From assembly GCA_045047305.1 (NCBI GenBank), contig JASFYO010000038.1, forward strand, positions 1 through 26,128: DNA of 26,128 nt, in the 5' to 3' direction. Shown here piece after piece: positions 1-8,472 of this stretch. A model generated the notes under the pieces. That model was not told the DNA's origin, ran no database searches, and saw only the letters and a list, made by a program, of their open reading frames with translations. Positions within the stretch are counted from its first letter, which is position 1. Every line of letters begins with the position of its first letter. The DNA comes from Planctomycetota bacterium (lineage in GTDB: Bacteria; Planctomycetota; UBA1135). Position numbers and translations under genes: made by a program.

Positions 1-702
1 GAAGAAGATGGTCATGGTGCAGAAGGAAAAGGCGACGGCGCCGCTGCAGCAGCCCTCAAACCGAAACCTGCAGACTTTTCTAGCACCAAGATACAAGCCG
101 ATTCCGATGGCACCATCTTCTGGAAACTCTCCAAAGGGCGCGCCCCCATGCCAGCCTTCAATCCTGCGTTAAGCGACACCCAGCGTTGGGAACTCGTCCA
201 CTACATCCGCAGCCTTGGCAGCCCGCCAACGCCGGAAGAAGCAAGCTTGGATGCTTATGCGGGGCTACGCAATGCGCTGGAAAAAGGCGACCACAAGGCA
301 TTCCAAAAAGCTGCCAAAACCCTGAAAAGCGCCTTAGGCACGCTGCAAGATCCATCCAAGGCACCGGGGCTTGCGGTAGAAAAAGCAAAGGCGCTGCATC
401 AGGATTGGGCTGAACGTCTTCAACGCGCGATCAGCCCGCTCAAGTCCATTGCAGCCCGTAAGGCCGAGTGGGCCGATGCACCGAAAATGTTCCTGGCCAC
501 AACCCAAGGACTCGCCGAGGTTCTAGACCTAATCCCTACCAAACGTCTTCCCTATGCCATCGCCCTATGGCAAGACGCCAATGAACCGGGCGTAGACCAA
601 TTCTGGCTGCAGTGGGAAGGTAAAAAAGCTCATAACCCCTATGCGAAAGCCCGTCGTATGGATGGGAAAGCTGTCAAAAGCTGGAAGCCGAGCCACCCCT
701 AA
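1..702 (+). CDS. 5'-truncated protein: cytochrome c-like domain followed by a DUF3347-like (CusB-associated-type) helical domain
   Basis: Frame 1 is open from base 1 (EEDGHGAEGKGDGAAAAALKPKPADFSSTKIQADSDGTIFWKLSKGRAPMPAF...LSDTQRWELVHYIRSL), matching the class I cytochrome c pattern HGxxGxGDG...P.DF...IFWK..G..MPAF...W.LV.YIR.L. The C-terminal part has YAGLRNAL..GD and WLQ...NPY, reminiscent of DUF3347-type domains. The ORF-track start at 148 is the internal axial-ligand Met. Confidence 0.65.
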   Translation, partial: EEDGHGAEGKGDGAAAAALKPKPADFSSTKIQADSDGTIFWKLSKGRAPMPAFNPALSDTQRWELVHYIRSLGSPPTPEEASLDAYAGLRNALEKGDHKAFQKAAKTLKSALGTLQDPSKAPGLAVEKAKALHQDWAERLQRAISPLKSIAARKAEWADAPKMFLATTQGLAEVLDLIPTKRLPYAIALWQDANEPGVDQFWLQWEGKKAHNPYAKARRMDGKAVKSWKPSHP

Positions 703-744
703 CGACCTTCTTGGAATTCGGGAGCGAGAGACCTGCATTCCGTG

Positions 745-784
745 GAATCCCCGGAAGTCCAACCGGACTGCCGGGGATTCTTTA
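745..784 (+). terminator. Probable intrinsic terminator hairpin after the cytochrome c-like gene
   Basis: GAATCCCCGG-A-AGTCC-(AACC)-GGACT-G-CCGGGGATTC, 15 bp with one mismatch, followed by TTTAG; the U-tract is short. Confidence 0.6.
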
Positions 785-834
785 GTAAACTGTCTTATCA
801 GTGCGGCCGAAAACCGCTTGTTCCATACCAATTC

Positions 835-998
835 GCTCAAACTTTGTGACCGGGGAAGGAGGTGTAATTCCTCCACGGGTCCGCCACCGTAAATGCACAT
901 CGGAAGCTCAGCTTCGTGCAAAGTCGGAGCACCGCCATGAAGTGAGCATTCCCTCGCAGTCCACGGACTGCTAACCCCGGGCGAGACCCCGGAAGGAG
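835..998 (+). ncRNA. Cobalamin (B12) riboswitch, compact form
   Basis: Core GGGAA-GGAGG-TGTAATT-CCTCC (P4 T-loop), then ACGGGTCCGCCACCGTAA (P5/L5/P6), TGCAC...GTGCA (P7) and AAGTCGGAGCACCGCCA (B12-box-like). CCG 887-889 pairs with CGG 925-927, a covariant of the usual CUG/CAG. Closing stem is GCTCA..CTTTGTG / CATGAAGTGAGC. A P13-like hairpin at 977-992 abuts SD AAGGAG 993-998. Confidence 0.8.
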
Positions 999-1004
999 AA
1001 CGTC

Positions 1005-2420
1005 ATGTTTCAGTCATGTCTAAAAGCCACACTTGTGGTTAGCCTTTTCGCTGCACCAGCCGCAGCACAAACTTTTCAAACCGAAATCGACTTGTTCGGA
1101 CTCGGTGATCCCCTCTCGAGCGCCAAAGCTTTTGGCATCAACTACGAGCCGGTTACGGATCAGATTTATGTCGCGATTGCAGGCGACTTTGGTGGACAAA
1201 ATAATGCCGTTGCGGTGATTGACCCAAACACCAATACGGTCACTGGCACCATCACGGTTGGCTTGTTTCCAGAAGACATCGCATTTGCTTACGACGCCCT
1301 CGGCAACTTACTTTACGGCGCCGTCACCAATTCCACCTCCGGGACGGTTTCAATTTGGGATGCGAGCAATACGGTCATTGCCACCATCACCTTGCCAGAT
1401 CCGTTTTCCATTGGCAGCTGCTTTCCTTTCGGCATCATCGAACATCAGGGCTACTTCTGGGTTTCCACCCAAGATGGTTCCGGCGATGTCCATGCTATTA
1501 ACGTCGCGACTTTGAGTTACGACGCCGCCAAGAGCTTCAACACCAACTTCCGCTCTGGAAGTCGCTTGGCAGCGTTCGGAGATTCACTCTTCATCCCCAC
1601 CACCGAGTTCTCCCCGAGCTTTTCCGGCTCCAAGGGTGGCATGTTTGAGTATGACATCAACACAAATGCAGAAGTCGATCACTGGTTTGTCGAAAGCGAT
1701 AATCAATTCCTCTTCTATCCATCTGGCCAAGAACTTGCCTTCCTCACCGATGGCAGCGCTTACTTCACTGGCCTCGATTTCGACGGCCACCTGTACAAGC
1801 TAGATAGCAACGGCCAGGTGGATCGGGCCATCGACTTAAGCGGCGTCAATGGTCAAGGCTTGGCGCTAAATCCGAGCCAAGAGTTGCTGGCGATAACCGG
1901 ATTCGTGACCAATCAACTAGTTTTGGTCGATGTATTGAACGATGAAGTCCTCAGCATCACCGATATCGGTGGTGTCGGTTCAGGCGGACACCTGCTGCCC
2001 AACGATGTCGTGTTTGCGCACAACCGCATTTACATGAGCTTACAGGGTAGTGAAAAGGTCCTGGTCTTCGACAACCTTCCCAGCGTTTCCACGCATGGCG
2101 GCTTCGAAGGCAGCTTAAGCGTCAGCGATACCACTCCAGCACAAGGAAGTAGCGTCAGCGTTGACCTAACCGGATTTGCAGGCTTCCCGATTGCTTTATT
2201 GAGCGGAAGAAATGCCTCGCCGAGCAACCATCTCGGAGTTGATTTCCTGATTGGCACCTCCTTAATTCAGCGCGCGGCTTCCGCTACTGGCAGCTTATCC
2301 ATCAACTTCAGCATCCCCGTGAACCCAGCCGTCGAAGGTCGCCAGTTTTTCCTCCAAGGCTATGTCTCCAATGGAGTCACTGATTTCACCACCGCCCCCA
2401 AGGTGCTGGTAATTCAGTAG
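1005..2420 (+). CDS. Secreted YVTN/YncE-family beta-propeller with C-terminal beta-sandwich domain; candidate cobalamin-binding protein
   Basis: SD AAGGAG; Sec signal ending AAA|Q; YVTN-like blades (IYVA...VAVIDPNTNTVTGTITVGLFPEDIAF, AVTNSTSGTVSIWD, PNDVVFAHNRIYMS); directly downstream of the riboswitch. Confidence 0.8.
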   Translation: MFQSCLKATLVVSLFAAPAAAQTFQTEIDLFGLGDPLSSAKAFGINYEPVTDQIYVAIAGDFGGQNNAVAVIDPNTNTVTGTITVGLFPEDIAFAYDALGNLLYGAVTNSTSGTVSIWDASNTVIATITLPDPFSIGSCFPFGIIEHQGYFWVSTQDGSGDVHAINVATLSYDAAKSFNTNFRSGSRLAAFGDSLFIPTTEFSPSFSGSKGGMFEYDINTNAEVDHWFVESDNQFLFYPSGQELAFLTDGSAYFTGLDFDGHLYKLDSNGQVDRAIDLSGVNGQGLALNPSQELLAITGFVTNQLVLVDVLNDEVLSITDIGGVGSGGHLLPNDVVFAHNRIYMSLQGSEKVLVFDNLPSVSTHGGFEGSLSVSDTTPAQGSSVSVDLTGFAGFPIALLSGRNASPSNHLGVDFLIGTSLIQRAASATGSLSINFSIPVNPAVEGRQFFLQGYVSNGVTDFTTAPKVLVIQ

Positions 2421-2456
2421 GTCAATTGAAGGCCGGACGCTGTTATCCTCTTCGAC

Positions 2457-3104
2457 ATGCGTTTTGGATCGGTGTCCGGCCTTCTTGTTGCACTCAGCCT
2501 TACAGGCGGAGTGAGTTGCAACTTCATTCCTCCATATTCAGATATTAAGAAACAGGAGGTCAAGGGCTTCCACACGATTAAGTTTCGTGGCGCGGCTTAT
2601 TCCGCTATCGATTCGGTGGCGACCGATATCGTGAATAGTCCTGCGGTGAACAGCACCGATCGAGCACTCGACAGCTTTAGCTCCTACGGGATTGAAGTGG
2701 AGCGCCTGATTGGAAATCAAATTTCCACGACCGCGAGTGTAGATCAACGGCATTACAAGCAAATTGGAGATGTGGATGCAGTTAAGGCCACTCAAGTTGC
2801 CGTTGGCATGCGAAAATACTTTGGCAACCGCGCCGTCACGGCCTTCCTCACTGGCCAACTCATGTACAACTTTGGCCTCGAATTCCCAACCGAAGGCTTT
2901 GTGTCCGATGGCTTCCTCGGCTACGGCGCCGGTGGCGGCGTGAACTGGGCTCTCTCAGAGAACTTTTCCATGGAAGCGTACCTTATGTATGAAGGCATGC
3001 CACGCACGCCCTCCCACCTTAAAGGTGACAATGAGGTCAGTTCTGGCTTCGAACACCAGTTAAGCGGCATCGTCGGCTACATCGCCTTCGGCATCCACTT
3101 TTAG
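2457..3104 (+). CDS. Outer-membrane beta-barrel protein (8-strand OmpA/porin-like)
   Basis: N-terminal hydrophobic signal ending in a weak lipobox-like GVS-C; amphipathic strands (YGIEVER, VAVGMRKYF, YGAGGGVNWAL, SMEAYLMY); C-terminal beta-signal YIAFGIHF ending in Phe. Confidence 0.7.
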   Translation: MRFGSVSGLLVALSLTGGVSCNFIPPYSDIKKQEVKGFHTIKFRGAAYSAIDSVATDIVNSPAVNSTDRALDSFSSYGIEVERLIGNQISTTASVDQRHYKQIGDVDAVKATQVAVGMRKYFGNRAVTAFLTGQLMYNFGLEFPTEGFVSDGFLGYGAGGGVNWALSENFSMEAYLMYEGMPRTPSHLKGDNEVSSGFEHQLSGIVGYIAFGIHF

Positions 3105-3124
3105 TCGAGCAAGATTCGCTAAGC

Positions 3125-4186
3125 CTAACTAGCGGTTGCACACAACGCATCGACCACCATATCACCGATTTCGTTGGTTGCATGCTCCCCGACATCCAAG
3201 CTGCGGATGGCTCCGGAAGTGAGTAGATGACCTACAGCATTCTCTACTGCCGAGGCTGCATCCTTTTCTCCTAGGTAATCCAACATCATCGCCACAGCAT
3301 TGATCGTGGCAATGGGATTAGCAATATTCTTGCCGGCAGCTTGTGGGAAACTCCCGTGCACCGACTCGAATAAGGAAACCTCGCCGGGGCGCAAGTTAGC
3401 GCTTGCCGCGACTCCCATCCCCCCCTGCAGCATCGCGCCAAGGTCGGTCACGATGTCGCCGAATAGGTTGGTGGTGACGGCAACGTCGATGGATTCTGGA
3501 GACTCAATCATGCGCATGCAAGCAGCATCGACATATAAGTGGCCGGTCTCCACCTCTGGGAATTCCTTCGCCATCTCTGCAAAAATACGGGTGTATAAAC
3601 TTTGCGCGCGCACCGCATTCGCCTTATCAATCAAGGTGAGATGCTTGCGAGGCCGGGTCATAGCGGTCTCGAATGCATAACGAATGATGCGCTCAGTGCC
3701 TTTATAGGTATAAAGCATCGCTTGCTGCGCGATTTCATCGACGGTGCCTTCGTTTTCGAAGTGCGGTTTCTGCACGTAAGCATCTTCCGTGTTTTCTCGC
3801 ACGATGACCATGTCGACATCTTCTGGGCCCTTCCCCTTCAACGGGCAAAAGCGCTCATCCAACAACTTGATTGGCCGCAGGTTGACCCAAAGGTCTAAAT
3901 CCCAACGTAGACGTCCGATGATACCGCGTTCTATGAGACCAATCGGTGCGCGCGGATCGCCGATTGCGCCGAGCAAGATGGCGTCCATGGACTTGAGCGA
4001 TTCAAAAGCCTCGTCGGGAAAGATCTCTTCGGTGGCGAGCCAGTGCTCGGTACCGAAAGGAAACTCCACTAAGTCGAGTTCAAATCCGAAATTCTCGGCT
4101 GCGGCAGAAAGTACGCGCAAGCCTTGAGCAACCACTTCTGGTCCGATGCCGTCGCCGGCAATCACCGCGATGCGATGGGTATTCAT
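3125..4186 (-). CDS. leuB: 3-isopropylmalate dehydrogenase / isocitrate-isopropylmalate dehydrogenase family
   Basis: IAVIAGDGIGPEV, LRWDLDLWVNLRP, VRENTE, DKAN, NLFGDIVTD, HGS..P..AGKNIANP. Start moved to the ATG at 4186 (MNTHRIAV), which has a -10 box 7 nt upstream. The exact substrate is uncertain. Confidence 0.8.
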   Translation of the reverse strand: MNTHRIAVIAGDGIGPEVVAQGLRVLSAAAENFGFELDLVEFPFGTEHWLATEEIFPDEAFESLKSMDAILLGAIGDPRAPIGLIERGIIGRLRWDLDLWVNLRPIKLLDERFCPLKGKGPEDVDMVIVRENTEDAYVQKPHFENEGTVDEIAQQAMLYTYKGTERIIRYAFETAMTRPRKHLTLIDKANAVRAQSLYTRIFAEMAKEFPEVETGHLYVDAACMRMIESPESIDVAVTTNLFGDIVTDLGAMLQGGMGVAASANLRPGEVSLFESVHGSFPQAAGKNIANPIATINAVAMMLDYLGEKDAASAVENAVGHLLTSGAIRSLDVGEHATNEIGDMVVDALCATAS

Positions 4187-4367
4187 GGATTCTATTGTAA
4201 CCCCAAGAATCCATTTCAACTACTTACAGCGTCATGGCCAGCGGGCCGCAACCTAGCTGAAGCCCTTCGAGGGACCCATCATGCCCGGGTCCATGTCCAA
4301 GTGATCTATGCCACGTTCTGTGGAGATTGCACCGACAGCAAAAGGGGGCCTGCGATAACAGGAATAC

Positions 4368-4592
4368 CTAAGCGCTGCGCTTGAGGTTCGCCGTTATGCC
4401 CTCGCCTTCTTCAATAGAAATTAACTCGTTTCCGGTCATTTGCGACCACGCCACAATATCGGCGCGGAAAGCTGGGTCGTCGGCCTGGACCTTCAGCACC
4501 TCACCAATCTGCAATCCGTTCATCGTTTGGCTAATGCGAACAATCGGCATGGGACAGTGCAGGCCGCGACAATCGAGTTCGTGATTTTTCAT
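4368..4592 (-). CDS. tusA: TusA/SirA-family sulfur carrier protein
   Basis: MKNHELDCRGLHCPMPIV (CPxP motif), GEVLKVQADDPAFRADIVAW...GNEL; 74 aa from ATG 4592. Confidence 0.9.
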   Translation of the reverse strand: MKNHELDCRGLHCPMPIVRISQTMNGLQIGEVLKVQADDPAFRADIVAWSQMTGNELISIEEGEGITANLKRSA

Positions 4593-4895
4593 GTGGGTCT
4601 TGGAAAGAAAGATTCCTGCTGCCTTATCGGCAATTCCCAAGCGTAAATGAAGAGGATTGGCGCGCACAATAAGTCCCACCTCAAGGCCAATGACAAGCTT
4701 TCCGCTTTACGCGACCTCTATTTAGGCAAAGAAAGGCGCAAGCGAATCGCTGATGCCATAAACGGAAAAATCGAAAAGCGCTCAGGATTCTAGAGAATAT
4801 AAAAGGTGGCGGGGCTCGGAAGGAAGGAGGAAACCTTTGTCTTCCTCGGCAAATAAAACTCCGTTTCTAGATGAAGTCTAAGCCAGGAGCGTGGG

Positions 4896-6671
4896 TTAAT
4901 CTTCGCCGTACTGCAAGGCTACTAAACAGGCGTATAGGCCATTTTCGATCATAAGCTCCTCGTGTGTGCCCTGCTCAGCGAGCTCTCCTTGGTGGAAAAC
5001 GAGAATACGGTCTGCATCGCGGACGGTGCTCAGACGATGGGCGATGGCTAAGGAGGTGCGGCCTTGCATGATGTCGTGAACCGCTTCCTGCAAAATGTGC
5101 TCGGTGTGCGAATCCACGTTACTGGTGGCTTCGTCTAGAACCAGGACTCGCGGCGATGCGGCAAGAACTCGGGCAAAGGAGATAAGTTGCTTCTCCCCTG
5201 CGGATAGATTGCGGCCTCGTTCACGTACAGGCTCATGCCAACCCCCAGGGAAACGCATCACCAGTTGATCCAAATGCAGGCGAGTTGCTGCAGCGATGGC
5301 TTTTTCCTCGCTGACATTCGGGTTACCCAAGCGGATGTTCTCGAGAATGTCGCCCTCGAAAAGGAAAACGTCTTGTGGAACCAAGCCGATACGCTTGCGC
5401 AGGTCGCGGACCTCGTAGTCGCGGAGATCAACGCCATCTAAGGTGATACTGCCACGGTTGGGGTCGTAGAGGCGAGTCAGCAGTTTGAGCACTGTAGTTT
5501 TGCCCGCACCGGTGGCCCCGACTAGCGCTACTTTTTCTCCTGGAGCCACGGTGAAGCTGACGTCCTTCATCACCGGGTTTTCTGGATCGTATCCAAACGT
5601 CACATGCTCAAAACGAATCTCGCCGATGACCTCTTTCGGGCTCTGTGGATGATCGGTTTCCGGCAGACGTTCCTCTTCATCCAACAGATCAAAAATCCGC
5701 CGCGCTGCCGTCATCGCGTTTTGCATGACGGTGTACTTCAAACTAAGTTCGTTCAAAGGGTGGAAAAACTTCTGCATGTAATCAATAAACGCGAATAACA
5801 CGCCCAAAGTCAAACCGCCCTGAACCCCATTCTGCACCCAATTTTCGGCCACCAAACCACCGCCGTACCACAAAATAATGGCCACCGTAAAGGATGACAA
5901 CATTTCTACCGTAGTAGACAAACCGGTCTCCCACCATACGGTTTTAAGTTGCGCGGCTCGAACATCCCCGTTGATGGAGCCATAAGAGGCAATCGTTTCC
6001 GCCTCGCGATTGAACATCTGAAGCACACTCATACCACTGATGCGTTCGTGCAAGAACCCGTTCATCTCCGATAGTTTCGCACGCATAGCAACATAGGCGC
6101 TGCGAACTCGCATGCGAATGAGCAAGGTTAAGCCGAGCAAGAGCGGCACCACCAAAATCGCAACCAAGGCAAGCTTTACATGCAGGCTGAATAGGATGAC
6201 GAGCGTGGCAATGAGGAACATCAAATCCCCCAGAATGGTGACCACTCCACTGCTGAAAAGTTCTTGCAGCGCTTCGACATCGGTAGTGACACGACCAATC
6301 AAGCGACCGGTTGGGGTGCGATCGAAATAGGATGCCGGAAGTTGTTGCAGATGCCGAAATATGGCTATACGCAAATCAAGCAATGCGTTTTGACCACCGG
6401 TTTCTACGGCAAGGGCCTGGGAACGGCGCAGGATAGCGTCGACCAAGGCAATACCTGCAAATACGAGCAGCAAGGGGTAATACCCACTCAAATCACCGAT
6501 TGCGAGATGTTGGTCAATTGCCAATTTAATCAACCAGGGCATGCTCAAGCGACATGCGGAAACTAAAAGCAGAATGCCTAAGCCTTTCCACAGCCAGCGT
6601 TGATGCGGCGCGATAAAGACCCAAAGCCGTTTGACCAAGTGCCTATCGAAGACGGCGCCGGACTTATCCAA
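4896..6671 (-). CDS. ABC exporter fused permease/ATPase, MdlB-like subunit
   Basis: 6-TM domain, Walker A GATGAGKT, signature LSAGEKQ, canonical Walker B LVLDE, IAHRLST. TTG start with AGGAG SD, overlapping the upstream gene's stop. Confidence 0.93.
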   Translation of the reverse strand: MDKSGAVFDRHLVKRLWVFIAPHQRWLWKGLGILLLVSACRLSMPWLIKLAIDQHLAIGDLSGYYPLLLVFAGIALVDAILRRSQALAVETGGQNALLDLRIAIFRHLQQLPASYFDRTPTGRLIGRVTTDVEALQELFSSGVVTILGDLMFLIATLVILFSLHVKLALVAILVVPLLLGLTLLIRMRVRSAYVAMRAKLSEMNGFLHERISGMSVLQMFNREAETIASYGSINGDVRAAQLKTVWWETGLSTTVEMLSSFTVAIILWYGGGLVAENWVQNGVQGGLTLGVLFAFIDYMQKFFHPLNELSLKYTVMQNAMTAARRIFDLLDEEERLPETDHPQSPKEVIGEIRFEHVTFGYDPENPVMKDVSFTVAPGEKVALVGATGAGKTTVLKLLTRLYDPNRGSITLDGVDLRDYEVRDLRKRIGLVPQDVFLFEGDILENIRLGNPNVSEEKAIAAATRLHLDQLVMRFPGGWHEPVRERGRNLSAGEKQLISFARVLAASPRVLVLDEATSNVDSHTEHILQEAVHDIMQGRTSLAIAHRLSTVRDADRILVFHQGELAEQGTHEELMIENGLYACLVALQYGED

Positions 6672-8469
6672 GTGGCTCCTCCCCTAGCTCCTGGCGCAAA
6701 CTCGCACGCTCCTGCTGACGTTGATGCAATGCAGCATATGCCCCACCCTGCTGCAACAGTTCTGCATGAGTACCGCGTTCGATAATGCGCCCCTCCTCCA
6801 TCACCACAATGTGATCTGCATGTTGCACCGTTGCGACGCGATGCGCGACCAAAACCGTAGTGCGTTGTTGGAAAAACGGTTTCAGTCCATTCAGAATTTC
6901 ATCGGTAGTGCTTGCGTCGACTGCAGAAAACGGATCATCTAACAGTAAAACTTTAGGCTTCAGTAATAGCACTCGCGCTAAAGCGGTGCGCTGACGTTGC
7001 CCACCAGAAAGATTCAATCCCCGCTCCCCGACCAGAGTGTCGTAACCCTCAGGCAACTGCACTAAGTCTTGCTCCAATCGGCTCGCTTGAATCGCTGCTT
7101 CAATCTCTTCTGCGCTCGCATCCGGGCGCCCCAATGCGACGTTCTCAGCCAGACTCATGCTGAAGAGGAAAGCCTCTTGCGGCACGTAACCAATTTGCTC
7201 GCGCAACTCCTTTAGGCGGTAGGCATGCGCATCTTGACCATCAAAGAACACCTTGTTTTCATCCACTTCCAACTGCCTCGCGAGTGCGCGCAGCAAAATG
7301 CTCTTACCCGACCCGGTGGCCCCAACCACGCCAAGCACGCTTCCACTCGGGACCTCCAGCGAAACTTGATCCAAAACCGTTCGCGGTTCGCCTTTGGCGT
7401 TTTCCAAAACCATGGTTAGGTCTTTGACTACGATTTCTCCTGTAGCTAAATCGGTCAACTCGCCCTGTTCTAGGGAAGGTTCTACATCTAAAATTTCCCC
7501 GACGCGCCTGAGCGCTGCGGTTCCGCGTTGCAAAGAACTAATCACAAAGCCCAATACCCCAGTAGGAGCCGCCAACATGTTCAGATAAAACACCATCGCT
7601 ACAAAATCGCCGAGACTAATGGTTCCACGTGCCGCCATAGGGCCTCCGACCAACAACACAATCAAAGTGCTGGTGGAGCCGAGTAAGTTCATATTTACGC
7701 CCATCCAGGCGCGCTGCCCAGTAAGACGAAGATTGATGTCGCGGTAGGTGGTGCAGCGTCTCCGAAAGCGTTCCAAATCAAAATCCTCCAGCGCCAAGGA
7801 ACGCACCACCATGCCGCCGGACAAGCTCTCTTCCACTTTCGAACTCACCTCTCCTAATGCTTCTTGGGAAGCTCGCGAATCGGCCTGAATCTGTGCAGCA
7901 AGCCGTCGTGCGCGATAAAGGAAGATGGGGAAAGGCAGAATCGCAAAGCCCGTCAGGCGCAGATCGATGGAAGCCATATAGCTCAGGGCCACCACGTACA
8001 AGGCCGCAGTTTCCGCCAAGTACAAGAACACCGGCCCCATCAGGCTTTGCACGAACTGCACATCGTTCACGCAGCGCGACATCAGCATGCCAGTGGAGTT
8101 CTGGCCGTAATAGGAAGGCGATAACTTAACTAAATGCCCAAGCACTTGATTGCGCAAATCATGAATACCGCGGCGACTGTTACCAAGCACAAAGATCCGA
8201 CTGACAGTCCGTAAAGCAGCCCCCAACACAGCCACCGCAGCAATCCATAAGCCACCTTGCATAGCCAGGCCAGTCAGACTGGAAACATCGACCGTGCCGG
8301 CATTCGGATCCTCCGCAGCAGAACGCAATACATCGACCGTGCGCCCTAACAGATAGGGCACGGAAATCCTCAGCACGACGGCTCCAATCAGAGCAGCAAC
8401 GCCGAGGACATAGCGTTTACGGTAGCGTCGGTAAAGCGGAGCAATCCGGCGCAGTTCCTTTAATGCCAA
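6664..8469 (-). CDS. ABC exporter fused permease/ATPase, MdlA-like subunit
   Basis: TM domain, Walker A GATGSGKS, LSGGQRQR, degenerate Walker B LLLDD, VAHR; tandem with the MdlB-like partner. Confidence 0.93.
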   Translation of the reverse strand: MALKELRRIAPLYRRYRKRYVLGVAALIGAVVLRISVPYLLGRTVDVLRSAAEDPNAGTVDVSSLTGLAMQGGLWIAAVAVLGAALRTVSRIFVLGNSRRGIHDLRNQVLGHLVKLSPSYYGQNSTGMLMSRCVNDVQFVQSLMGPVFLYLAETAALYVVALSYMASIDLRLTGFAILPFPIFLYRARRLAAQIQADSRASQEALGEVSSKVEESLSGGMVVRSLALEDFDLERFRRRCTTYRDINLRLTGQRAWMGVNMNLLGSTSTLIVLLVGGPMAARGTISLGDFVAMVFYLNMLAAPTGVLGFVISSLQRGTAALRRVGEILDVEPSLEQGELTDLATGEIVVKDLTMVLENAKGEPRTVLDQVSLEVPSGSVLGVVGATGSGKSILLRALARQLEVDENKVFFDGQDAHAYRLKELREQIGYVPQEAFLFSMSLAENVALGRPDASAEEIEAAIQASRLEQDLVQLPEGYDTLVGERGLNLSGGQRQRTALARVLLLKPKVLLLDDPFSAVDASTTDEILNGLKPFFQQRTTVLVAHRVATVQHADHIVVMEEGRIIERGTHAELLQQGGAYAALHQRQQERASLRQELGEEPLG

Positions 8470-8472
8470 AGA

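Noticed and set aside
565..921. Short ORFs (565-921 minus, 641-892 plus) over the terminator/riboswitch region
   Set aside because: No protein-like features; the region is better explained by RNA structures.
4254..4295. Mini-ORF MDPGMMGPSKGFS upstream of leuB as an attenuator leader peptide
   Set aside because: No Leu/Ile/Val codons and no U-tailed terminator; leuB appears to have its own proximal -10 box.
4805..4845. CGGAAGGAAG resembling SRP RNA domain IV
   Set aside because: Lacks the CAGG-UCC/GGA-AGCAG pairing context and a long flanking helix.
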